NCBI GenBank assembly: GCA_051294375.1
Contig: CM119263.1
Coordinates: forward strand, 3,113,394-3,177,393
Length of the DNA: 64,000 nt
Direction: 5' to 3'
Source of the DNA: Paraspadella gotoi
Taxonomy: Eukaryota; Animalia; Chaetognatha
A model generated the notes under the pieces. That model ran no database searches. It worked only from the letters and a program-made list of their open reading frames with translations, and was not told the origin of the DNA. The position numbers and the translations under genes are program-made. Of this stretch, positions 13,408-50,279 are shown piece by piece. The stretch's first letter is position 1. The number at the start of each line of letters is the position of its first letter.

Positions 13408-15038
13408 TAAAACAAGAATAGAACAAAATGAATCAAAAATGATTAAAAAGACCAATGAGGACAAAAAACAAAACAAAAACAACAAAAAATAATATCAGAT
13501 AAAAACGAGAGTAAAACAAGTAACGTAAATAAAGCGAGGCCGATCGAACAAAATGAACGCGAACTGACGCCGTCGACGTCGAAAGAGCGCCACGTCACTA
13601 GGCGGTGTCGATTGAGGAGAATGTGACGCCGGAAATGATTTCTATTCTCAATCTCTCAGTACAACTGCACTAACCAGTGGCCATTGGCCGATCCTCTTTA
13701 AGTCCTCCCCCCCAACACGCTCGGCCCCGCCCTTTTACCGGTAGACTTTGGCGCTACGCCATCGTCGAAAGAATCCGCGCCGCTGACGCCGTGACGCTTG
13801 GTCGTTAACGAGAACTGAAAAGGTTTTTTACAATGTTTTTCATTCTAAGATTAAAAAACAAATTAATCTTGAGTTTTCGCTAAAATTGGACGCATTTGGA
13901 AAATAAAGCCGGGATTCGTTATGAACTGACGCAATATCGTGAAGCTACCGTTTTCATATTGTATATATTTGTACAATGTACATTTATCCTTCGTCGGCTC
14001 CTTTATTGTCTCCTTCGTCGCTATGGTAATTTCTATTTTTAGCTTTCCTCTCGTGACGCGAGATGTCGTATTTTTGTAGACATTGCGTCATCCCTCTTTC
14101 TCGGTTTCGGTCCGGGCATGACCCTCCCTTTATTTTACTATGTTCTGAGGCATGTTTCCAGCTCGGGCATGCTTTTTTCATGTTTTCCGTGAGAATGAGA
14201 CATTCGAGATCTGAGAAGATTCTCAGCGTTTTTTTTCGTTTATCATCCAGAAAATACTGAGTCGCCGGAAAGGCACTCTCAATTAGTATACTTCTCAGTC
14301 AATTCTTCATTTCCAATTAAGGCTTTATTTTGCTTTCGCCAACTAAGTACTAAAACGGGGGCTTCAGGGTTAGGAATGGTTTAGGGTTAAGGGTAGTTAA
14401 CGTTAGGGTAGATTTTAGTAATTTTATCCAAATCTATTTAGTTTTTAACTTCGTTCGATTTTCTTTACCGGTTGATTTGGCGACGTTGGCCTTTGCGTCG
14501 GCGACCTCGGTCTCTGCGTCGGCGAGGTTGGTCTCTGCGTCGGAGAAGTTCGTCTCGGCGGCGACGGCGGCCAGGGCGGCGAAAAGGCGGCCGCGTGATC
14601 CGGCGTCTCCACTTCCGACAAGAGACCTTCCATCGAGGCGTCCTCGTCGCAGGGATCCCCGCTTAGGGGGGGGGGGGAATTGTCAGGTTTTGTGACATTT
14701 TACGGTTTAGTGATAGATAAGTAGCTGTTTTGTGTTTAATGTTTAGTGATATAGAGAGTAACTTGAACGTTCGATGATCTTTTGTTTCATCACAGTCGCC
14801 ACCTACTGATTATCCACCCACTCCCCCCACCCGTCAAACGCCCGCGCCCTCTACCATCTTCCTCCTTCTCAAACCTGTCGCCTCTGGCTCCAGTAATTTC
14901 GTTGGCAACGCGATGAAGTCCAGCGTCTTCGGCGCTGCCGCTGCGGGCGCCGCTGACGACGCTGCATTCTAAGCGCGGCTGCTGCGGCGGCTGAGGCGGC
15001 GCCGACGAAGACTGACTTCGCCCCACGTGGCGCCGCAT
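1..15038 (-). CDS. Multi-exon gene for a low-complexity, probably disordered S/E/D/P/G-rich protein of unknown family; continues past the window start
   Basis: GC-rich islands bounded by AG/GT with matching phase and no stops. Exons approx. 15038-14875, 14661-14469, 13814-13739, 12019-11907, 11112-10982, 9356-9115, 7225-~6750, (5830-5545 unresolved), 5253-5091, 4005-3823, 3528-3383, 2717-2330, 1697-1634, 1552-1522, 506-252, 111-<1. Example junction peptide: DEFDAQEMALLEAKSFPR|FASQIPKLERIQEEQEES. The start at 15038 is tentative; no domain recognised. Confidence 0.72.
520..1092. repeat. Degenerate GAG/GAA purine-rich repeat (intronic)
   Basis: Recurrent 'gaggaaaacgaatatgaggagg' units among GAA/GAG runs; lies in the 1521-507 intron of the minus-strand gene. 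Confidence 0.85.
2796..2910. repeat. Local direct duplication, copies ~59 bp apart
   Basis: 'taatcccattcacttcattggatcatctacaggc' occurs twice, with a degenerate third part. Confidence 0.8.
3301..3339. repeat. Perfect 39-bp palindrome (19-bp arms, 1-nt loop)
   Basis: tatcgattatccttaccca-t-tgggtaaggataatcgata. Confidence 0.95.
6770..7120 (-). repeat. 30-bp coding minisatellite, ~11-12 copies, encoding (LSGDTPKEA[A/P])n
   Basis: Unit 'tgtatcaccactcaaag(g/c)agcctccttagg'. In frame with the acceptor at 7225 and phase-compatible with the upstream exon ending at 9115. Confidence 0.9.
7286..7470. repeat. ~15-16-bp degenerate tandem array (ccgaccgggc[c/a/g]att), probable non-autonomous DNA transposon remnant
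   Basis: About 12 units such as 'ccgacacgggccatt' and 'ccgaccgggcaatc'; the TE origin is inferred. Confidence 0.7.
10017..10465. other. Assembly gap (other gaps at 4637-4646, 58683-59092, 60198-60222)
   Basis: Runs of N. Confidence 1.
12440..12860. repeat. Pyrimidine-rich ~39-bp minisatellite built from ttttctttcac / tcacttttact subunits
   Basis: Directly visible tandem units. Confidence 0.9.
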
Positions 15039-15905
15039 TTGAAAAAAAAAAATTATCGAATAAAAAAAAAAGGCTTAATTCGTCGGCTTTATTTATTTTC
15101 TTTTTTGAAATTTTTTATTATCGAATTTTGACTTTTGACAAAAATTTTTTTCAGAAAATAATTTTTCTCGTTTCTGTTTTAAAATTCGTTTAGTAAAAAA
15201 TGAAATTTGAAAAAAGTTTTTTTTTTTCGAGAGCAACTAAAAACGGTAGCGGGGATTTGTCCGCTACGAATCTTTTCGGATGTTTTCTTATTATTTTTTA
15301 ATTTTTTTTTTTTTCAATAATAGATCGCTGTGAACATTTTGTAAAACATCGTACGCAAAAGCCCATTGCTTTGTCTTCGTCGTTAATGAAATCTCGAAGG
15401 CGGCGTCATTAGCTAGGCTAAGTCGTTACCCACCTCGAACCCGCGAGGAGACCACCTCCTCCTCCTCCTCCTTCTCCTCCTCCTCCACCACCACCCGATG
15501 GAGCCCAGCTGAGGGTTTTTTTCCGAGTCACTTCGCTTTCCACCGAGTCGCGATACGGATCTCCTGGACCCATCGTAGACGAGCTCTCGGGATTACACCG
15601 AGCATTTATTTACTCTCCTTCGTTATATTTCTTCTTTTCACTTACTTTACTGATCAGGCGGACAGTTCCAGGTCCCCAGAAAATATGGTTGAAACTTAAC
15701 CATTTCCCCAAATTCACTCGCAATTCCTTTCATCTTCGACTCATTTTCACCATCTGTCACCATTTGTCACCATCTGTAAGCAATTTTAATCTACATCAAC
15801 TCGACAACTTTCTCAACTCGTCAATATCAACTTTTTTTTCGTGGCTTATTATGATCGAGGGCCTTTTTGTCACAGCTTTTAATCTCGAACCTTTTTACTC
15901 AACAG

Positions 15906-36893
<20,988 letters not shown>

Positions 36894-39800
36894 ATAATAA
36901 TGGCTCGTCATACAGAGACAATTTATATCCTTACTTTTGTATCTCTATAACAATATTAAAAAGAGCTAAAAATGTTTTAATTCGAAAAGCTAACAAAAAG
37001 AATGTTGATTGCATTTACTGATTTGTAGAGAGATATTCATATTGGTTTGTTTTCAGGAGATTACATTGCAGTATGAAAAAAACTTAATGTGCCGACTGTC
37101 TATTCTGAAATGGACAGCACGATAAATTCACATCGACATTATTTAGGTCAATATAATTGGGACGAGTAGCAGACCACAGAAAACTAATTTTAACTTACAT
37201 TTATACTGCAATATAAGCCAATTATGAAAAAAAAACTTTTTAAGAAAGCTAAAAGTAAAAAATATTTTCAAAAAATTAAACATAATTAGAAAAACAAACT
37301 TTTTTACAAGATAAAATGAAATTAATGTCCCTGTATTACCTAGTTTAATGCTGATGCTGTTTAATGCTTTACTGTCATTTTCGCCCACCATTGTTTTACT
37401 TATCAACATTTAAAGGATCATAAAGATTAAATTATTTCATTACAAAATATCATAAGCGGTTGTAAAAAACAATTTACAAAGCCCTGACCTAAAATAGCGG
37501 ATACTTTAATTTTTTTATAAAAAATTCATTTCCTTGATCATCGCGAGATAAAAAAGTTAGAAAATAAATGATTGGTTGTTTTCTGTAGCAATTAGTCATA
37601 CAGCTGGAATTGTGACTTAAATTAGTTACTTTTTTTTTACAATTTCCCACATAATATCGGTGTTTAGAGCTTGGACCTCGAACAATTAAATCTTAGCTAG
37701 CTAAACTTAATAACTGAAGTAATTCAAATAAAAATTGATGCACATGAAGTAAACCAATTCATGACAACTTAAGATATATTTCAACTTTGTACTGCTAAAA
37801 TTATGTTACATTTTTCATCAATTCAACAACAGAAAATGGGAACAGTGTCTATGTTTGAGGCACAACCGTATACTTACAAGGGTAAATTAGAATGTCTTAT
37901 TTTTAAGGTTATATACACCAACAGACAAAAGGAGAGGTATAATAGTTTCATATACAATTAAATAATTATTTTACGGAGTTATAATACATGCATAAGTTTT
38001 ATCCCTCAAGATATTCACAATTTAAAAATTAAAAAAAAAGTGTTCTACGAGAAAATAAGTTTTTAAAAGAATATATACTTATAATACATATGTTGGACTA
38101 GTTAAGTGGATAGGCAATTGGATTGGTTTGAAATATTCTCCCAAAAAAATTAGAATTCTCATCTTTAAACTTTTTTAAACTTTTTTTTTACTAATTATAC
38201 AGATAATACCTTAAACGCGTAAATCGTACCAAAAGTTAAAAAGGTTTTAAATATAATAACATTGAAGGATGCTGCATCTATTTTCGGATATTTATGGGTG
38301 ATGGTCATGTTTGTATGAATTTTGTATCTGTTTAAAAAATATGGTAATTCCTGAGGAGGAATAGTGGAAAAGAAATTTAGAACACGGCAAATCAATCTTA
38401 ACTGAAAATAACTGGGAAAAAATAATTAGATTACTGAGAAATAATATTAAACAATTTGTAAAAGAAAAAAGGTTAGGTTAATATTTCTATTTTATGGTTT
38501 TAGATTTCCGAGTTATTATTATTATTATCTTGTATTACTACTTTTACTACTTGTATCCTTTTCATTGGTTGAAAGTAAGATTTTATAAAATTAAAAATTG
38601 TACAAAAGACGAATAAAAAACATTACTTTAGCGGAAGAAAGTCTTAAATCAGTCAGCGAAAATAATACCTTTATGCCAAAACATCACTTTTTCGCACGTT
38701 ATTTATTTAATTTCTGGTTTAATTTTAGCCCATTTTAAAATACGTTTTCGCTTAGCGAATTAATATTTCAATGTTTTTAAAAGCCTTTCGCGATTTCACC
38801 TCTACGCATCTTTGCCTCTTTAATATTGGAGATGCTGCAAAAACAAAAATAATCAAATTGATTAAATCTTCAAAAAAACCTGATTTACACCACCGGAATT
38901 TCACCGCAACGGATTCGACATTCTCATCTTACTTTTCTTAACGTTGTGTCCAAACGAAATGTTCAAACAAACGGACGGACAAACAGACAGATCGTGAAAA
39001 AAAAAAACAGATCCCCCATAGGCAATATAGAGATACATGTTTTAATAAAAAATACGGTAAAATTTTACTTTCTAAACCACCCTAACCCTAAACCCCTCCT
39101 AACCCCAGTCGGCGAAAGTAAAATCATGCTAAAAAATCTTTAAATCAATAACTGAATAAGATTAAAATAAAAAAGTAAGAAATTATAGTAATAATTAAGT
39201 AATAAGTCTTCGGCCTTAACTAAGTTAAATAAAGCCTATCCATCGAATGCTGATGACAATCGTTGAAAGTTCATTAAATTGGTAAAACTGTTATTTTATG
39301 TCTCAAACCCATTTTGAACAATCGCGATGGAGCCTCCATTGGAGGCAGGCAAAAGCTTAATTGCCAAACATCTTTACCAAAAGCGAATCGCGAAAAAAAA
39401 ATTATTGCAAAGATTTGCATGTCATCAGTGACTATTTATTTCCAACGAAAAAAAAATTACAACTAATCTGTTCCGCTGTATTTCTTAATACTTTTGACCA
39501 AAATCTACATTCACATTAAATATTGTGTAAGTATTATGTAAGTTCATAAAACAATAATAAGAACATTACTTCATTGTCTCCATCTTCCAAATTTTAGAAT
39601 CTTAAAAACACCAAATTTATGATTGCATGTATCAAAAAATGCGTAAATTAAAATCAATAAAGAGGTCTGCTAAAAAAATGTGGGTTTATCTTTTTGTATG
39701 CTTGATGTCGCAAGAAAAAATGGAATAAAAGAAACCGTGGTCAATTACGGTCAACAAGTTATATTTTAAAACAAAGGTGATCGGAAAGCTATTCAATTAG

Positions 39801-40270
39801 CTTTTAAAACTAAGCGATAACACCACTCGGCAGATAGGGTAAGTAAGGGTTAGGAAATGGATGATTACTGACCGGTTTCTTCATCAACGCTGGCAAAACG
39901 GGTCCAATTAAAGCTTGATACTAAGTTGAGATAGGCACTAAAATCATTTTATGTTGTTGCAATAATTTTAAAGAAAGATTAATATTTTAAATTTTTTTGA
40001 ATTTAAGCAAAAAGAGAAAGTTGTTAAGATTAAAAATACATATCCATATCGAAATGTCTCGGGTTTTATTAGGTGCTTTACAACGACTAGTTATTTTGAT
40101 CCGTTGTGCAACATTTAAAAACACAAAATCAGACGAGCAGATGAGGTGAACACCTAAAACACTAAGTACTCACAAAAAAAATTCTTTTATTTTTAATTTT
40201 TCATGAAGTTCAATATTAAGTTTTCCTAATGTTTTTGGAAGGGGGACAGTCGAATTGTGAGGAAGGGTTT

Positions 40271-44591
<4,321 letters not shown>

Positions 44592-45926
44592 GTTTCATAC
44601 ATATTCGAATTCACGGAGAAGTTGTCAGAATATTGCTCTCACTAATGAGTTTCGCGTGTAATGTCACTTTTATTGTACACATTTTTGTAGGATGTTTGTA
44701 TCATAGTAACGCGCCAGTTTCATAAAGTGAGTGTCGCGCACGCGCTCATTTCAATGCCCTTACTAGGATTTCTTAAATTAGCTACAAAAATAATTTCACA
44801 TATAAAAATACAGAAATAATAAACAAGAAGCATGGCGGGTAAATGACCAGTGCATTAACATCATTATTAATTATCATTCAAAAAAGTATCATTCTTAAAA
44901 CTTAAATAGGCAAAAAGAACCACAAAAAAAAAATAAATAAATGGGGCAAATTCAATAAATTATAAAAAATTTGTGTTAAGTTTTGATAATTTATTTTAAC
45001 GATGACTCCGTAAATCAGTTTTGAATAATTTGCTCTTGTGGCGGTGGCATATAAATAAACCTCACATCCATCATCGTGCAGCCAATCCCATTGGCTCAGA
45101 GTGGGACTGCACCATTCTAGGCGTTGCGTTGCATCCACACTCCTAACGACTTCCCTCTGTGTTGGCAAAGCAAGACCGTCCTAGTGTAACCGCGCCAGTG
45201 ACAGGAGGCGTCACTGAGGGTCAGAAGCCCCAAAGCCAACAGCAAGATGCCCCATTCCAATGGGCATCACAGGCAACCCTGCTGTTGCCATACTCTCATG
45301 TTTTTGATAGCGTCAAAGATAACACAAGACAAAAACGTGGGGAGAAAAATTTTTTTAAAAAATTGAAAAAACGATAATTTTTTTTTCTAAAAAGATAAAA
45401 TTAAAAATAAAGTAAATTGACAGAGCTGTTAAAAAAATTTTGAGCAAAGGTACCAAGGGATAGTGGGTTAGTTTCAAAATAATTTATGTATTCATACCAC
45501 ATAAATAACTCATTGGAAAAGATTTATGATAACGAGAGAAAGTAATCACAGATTTAGGAAACATTATTAATGAGAGATCAGAAAAAATATTGGGTAAATA
45601 AAGCGAATTAGAAATGAATGGCCGAATAATTCTATAAAAGCCAAAAAATTGCCATATAACATATTTTATTTACGCTAACTAGGAATCCATTAATATTTTT
45701 AAAAACCCTTAAATGCACATAACTATTCAAAAGTTCAATGCCCAGAAAATTTTTTTAAGAAGCGTAGAGCAACGTATTGATTAATCACTTGGATGAGAAA
45801 AAAAAGTGATGAAAAAACTGAAACTGAAAAAAAAAGTGATTGGCGATTGGGCCAATGCCGGCTAATTTCTGCCATCGCCAATGGGGCTCGGAGGGAGAGA
45901 GTTTCATAAAGTGGACTAGTTTAATG

Positions 45927-47141
45927 TTACGTACATCCAGGACAAGAAATCCTAGGAGTGTTGTTCTCATCGAGTCCGTACTTTCTCTGAATGTGACTGT
46001 CGTCGAGGGTGTTTTCGCACGAGGCGCACATTCTCCTGTCTTGAAACAAGACGCTCCCTCGCGGAGAGGTTTCCGCGAAGTTAATCAGTTCCTGTTTAAG
46101 AGTTAAGATAAAATTTAGTAAATTAAAATTTAGTAAAACGCAATAAGTAATATATAAAGAGCCGAAATCCATGAAAGGTATAGGTTATCAAATGATGATT
46201 TTCTCATTGAATAAACATAATAGATAAATTTCCAAAAACTGAATAATTAAAACGTAAGAAAAATTTAATTTATATTAACGTATTATAAAATTATATTTAC
46301 GATATAAAGAGTGCCCCCATTAACCTTTTCCCAGTATGTATCCCGATTAGAACATACAATTCTACTTTGTAGTCTTATCTCTAATGGTAAAAAAAATCAT
46401 ATATAGCCTTGGTCCCCCACAAAAAATTATCCATTTCCACCCCTTTCTGTTGATGGATTCTCATTAATGACTTTCTAACAAGAATGGTGTACGATATCAA
46501 TTAGAAAACAAGGACATATTGTACTCCAAACTTGTGTCATGTGGATGCTCCCTCTATTTCCAAAGGACAACACTGACCTCCCCATCCCAAAAATGATATC
46601 ATATATTATTAGATATCATCAACGACAATGACAAAGATAAGTAAAAAAATTTAAAAACAATATTTATATATAATTAAAAACTATAGATTTAATAGTAAAA
46701 ACTTGAACATTAATATTATACAATAGAAAAATAGAAAATAGTGAAAGAAGTTATATTTCAAATTTTTATATCGCAGTAAGGGCCAAACCCTGGCGACGGA
46801 GTCAAAAGCCTCTTGGACGCCGACGTCGGCCAAGGCCGAGGTTTCGATGAGCAAAGCGCCGATTTGATTCGCGTAGTTTCCGGCCGTTCGCGCCGAGACC
46901 TCGCGCAGGGGTTGGAGATCGGTTTTGTTGCCTGTCACATTTAATGTAGAAGAGGCACAAAGAATTCTGAATATTTTTGCTTTAAAAAGATACTTTAACA
47001 TCCAACACAATTAATTTGTTCGGTTTTAATAATTTTAAATAAGAACATTGTGATTAAACTTTCTTTCGTTGTGTTTTAAACCTGTCCTCACATTTCACCA
47101 CTGTCCTGTCTCATATCTTTGTTGGCCATTTCTTCTCTCTC

Positions 47142-47186
<45 letters not shown>

Positions 47187-48098
47187 AAGTTAATTTGGAA
47201 AACATGAAAACTGTGAATTGTCAAAGCACTGATGAAGGCTTGAATGAAAGCCGAAACTTGTCTGTACATTAAAATAAAATCGTTGCTGTAACAAGACTTT
47301 GTCTTCATTTTCAATTAAATAAGAACAAGATTAGATTAGGTCATTTCGTAAAGACGAATTATTAAATGAAACCTACAAATAAAACACCACACGGGTTACC
47401 TAAAATACAGATGACAAAAAGATTTTCTGAATTTCTTTGGAGTTCATCTATCCAAGACTTCATATCTTCAAAGGTGGAATGTTTGGTGACATCAAAAACC
47501 AGAATAGCTGCGTTAGCTTTTCGATAATACATTGGAGCCATAGCTCGAAACCGCTCCTGCCCGGCTGTGTCCCATACCTACCATATTTCCATGTAAAAAG
47601 AAAAGCGGATAAATACGTAATTTCGCATTGTTTTTGTACTTCTCTAATGGTCACCTGAAGTTTAACTTTATAATTGTTAATGCATAATTTAGTGGTAAAA
47701 AACGAAGCCCCTATAGTAGGAGAGATGGCATTGGAAAAGGAATGACCCATGTATCGGATAAGGACCGAGGTTTTTCCTAAACAAAAATAATAATTTTTTT
47801 GTTTTAAAATTTACAGCTAAACATTTTTGTTATAATAATAACTAACCAACTCCTTGCGAACCGAGCATGACCACCTTCGCTTCTAGGTGTTTTTCCGGAT
47901 GATTTTCGACGTCGCACGATTCGTCTGAGAAGAAAAATTTGCATCTAGTCGATTTAATTTGCGGTTCTTGCCGCAATTTCAGACCTTACCATCGACAATC
48001 CTCAAGGAAGAGTCAATTCCATCACTTTCCGTCGATGAGAGGAACGACGGGAAGACAGAGGCGCTCGGAGTCACGGGCGCTGATTTGACCGCCATCAT
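45927..48098 (-). CDS. Rab GTPase of the Rab5/22/31-related group, most like RabX1
   Basis: Six exons approx. 48098-47990, 47924-47847, 47776-47656, 47577-47400, 46931-46788, 46091-45927. Motifs EAKVVMLGSQGVGKTS, PTIGASFF, WDTAGQERFRAMAPMYYRKANAA, GNKTDL, ETSA; ends ISCPGCT*. Confidence 0.92.
47077..47316 (+). mobile_element. Second copy of the Penelope-like pLTR repeat, in a Rab intron (antisense to Rab)
   Basis: Near-identical to 25570-25800, including the internal (CT)n tract. Confidence 0.8.
47217..47270 (+). ncRNA. Minimal type I hammerhead ribozyme (identical to the 25703 copy)
   Basis: gcaCTGATGAaggcttgaatgaaagccGAAActtGTCtgt. Confidence 0.8.
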
Positions 48099-48545
48099 TT
48101 AAACGGTCGAAATCAACTTTTTAAGGAATCGATCACAGCTGGAGTTTTTGATACAATTGTTCATTTTGGCAATTAAAACTGCCCTAAAAATAAAATATAA
48201 ATAGGTTTAGGTTCTGGATTAGGACCAATTCTCCGAAAAATTTAACTTAGTTGAAAGACTGAAGTATGTGGAAGAAGCAGGAATACAAAGTGGCATTAGC
48301 AGCCAAGGACATTGTCAAATGTCCATTGGACATATAGAGACGTAATATCACCACTCGTTGTATACTACTTTGATCATCCTTCCATTGCCAGATATTCGAC
48401 GTAACACATCTAACTGACGGATTTTCGATTCCTTTGAAAACGTTTTATCCAGACAACTTCTTTTCAGCGTCTTCAAATTATTCTAATAAACAGTTCTCGC
48501 AACACAATGCGGCAAGCTTGAAAAGGTTCAAATCTGAAACCGAAT

Positions 48546-50279
48546 TTAGGATTTCACAAACAAGAATTTTTGAGGAATTGCAAACGATTTAAGGAATATG
48601 TCTTCGCTTTTGCCCAGGCGACCAAGATACTCCTTTACAAGGGGTAAGGTTCGATTAGGGCTTTTATTGAAACATTCTCTCATACAGAATAAAAACTGTA
48701 GCATGAACTTCGTACTAAATTCTTTTCGGTTTGTTTCGGACAAATAATTATCATAAATATCTTCAAGGATATACGAAGCGTCGACGTCAATTTCCGACCA
48801 AGGACATTTGTTGAGGTAAACTAAGAGCGAGTATAACCCGGTCTCAACCACGGATCGACTACTACTTTTGAACAATAAAATACACTGCGGAGTTAATTCC
48901 ATAAACCTTTTTCCATAGTTTTTTAAAAAGGCCTCATTTACAAAGCCATCATACGGGACTAAAGCACCCTCGATTAATGCCCTCAAAGCGACAGCAACTA
49001 TTGACGGCGAAGGCTGAGTTAATAATTGCATGTAACCGTTAAGGCATGCTTCCAAAATATCATGAAATTTATGATCCGATTCGTTCATGATCATTTGGTA
49101 AGCAAAATTGCAAATCTTACCCACAACATTAAGACACTTTTCGACCACCAAAGCCTTGGCTGTCAAACTCAACATAAGAACGTGCGTCAAAATCTCAAGA
49201 CAGATTGCCGTATCTTTTTCAGTTTGAAAATTAGCGGCTATATTTGTTAAGCAGTCCAACTTTTTAAGAATCAAATATAGAGGGTCTTTGGGATGAACCA
49301 AACACCAGTCTATCCCATTGACGGTGAACAGGTCAAAAACATATCTCCGATGTACTTGTCCACACAATGTATCCATAACTTGGTGCAAAACTTCCGGGTT
49401 TGTTCTCGGCATATCGACCGCGTACTTGATCAAGCTTTGAAGAACCTTGTTCTGCATTTCATTGACGACCTTTCTGTAGCTCTCAACTGTCTCCAGGCTA
49501 TTTAAAATTCCCATCGTGTGTAGCAAGACAGAGGGAATGTTACTGGCCAACAAAGATTCCGCACCATCAAGTAATCCAATCAATTCATCGGGAGTCCAGT
49601 CCAAAGAAGTCGCGACGGATAAAATCGACGCTTTTTCGGAACTCGAAGCCGCGTCTATTTTTTCCAAATTCCGTTTTACCATCTCTTTGTCAACGAATTT
49701 GCGTGTTCCGTTCAAAGAAGCGCGGTCGAAAGAACGAAGGACGACTAAAGCGTTCGTCCTCACATAGGGATCCGAATCTTCGACGGCCAGTTTGGTCAAG
49801 ACTTCTGCGTCGCCTTCTCCGTCAGCGAGCATTACGGCGAAGCGCTTCACGTACTCGCAATCCTCCAATCCTCTCTTGCCAGCCTTGACTTTCAATTCTC
49901 GATAGTTGGCAAGGCGCAACTGACGAACGACACGGAGTGACATTCCCCGAGTGGCGAAGTCGGGATGTCGGACAGAGTTGTCGAGCAGGGAATTCTCGGC
50001 GAGGAGGTGGACGCTTTCGTCGAGGCGCGCGCGATTGGCGACGGCGAGGAGGACCCATCCCGCAATCTTGCGGACGAGACTATCCCGAGCGGCGAGGCCT
50101 TTGGCGGCTTCGACGAAGACGCGAGCCAATTCCGCCGAGTCTCCTTGAGAGATTCTCATCCCGTGAAGGTAGTCGAGATTCAACTCGGACAAAACGCGGG
50201 CGAAGAGTTGAGAGTGTTGAGCGGGATCGCGAACAATCGCTTCCGAACGAAACTCGATTAGGACATCGTGAAAATTCAT
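48546..50279 (-). CDS. AP4B1: Divergent beta-adaptin trunk (HEAT/Adaptin_N), most like the AP-4 beta subunit; single long ORF
   Basis: Likely ATG at 50279 (MNFHDV). Segments match recalled AP4B1: [20 protein letters not shown] ~ [38 protein letters not shown] ~ [58 protein letters not shown] ~ APYVLEDFVENVKSET. The 3' end is uncertain. Confidence 0.8.
   Translation of the reverse strand: [577 protein letters not shown]

Noticed and set aside
8229-13485. Many long SLSL/ERER/FFSF ORFs, including ORFs crossing N gaps (also 21721-22455, 26932-27696, 29819-30436, 58513-59211)
   Set aside because: Microsatellite, low-complexity or gap artefacts.
39246-39278. CTGATGA...GAAA with aatg/catt flanks
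   Set aside because: Stem II is only 2 bp and there is no stem III; probably chance.
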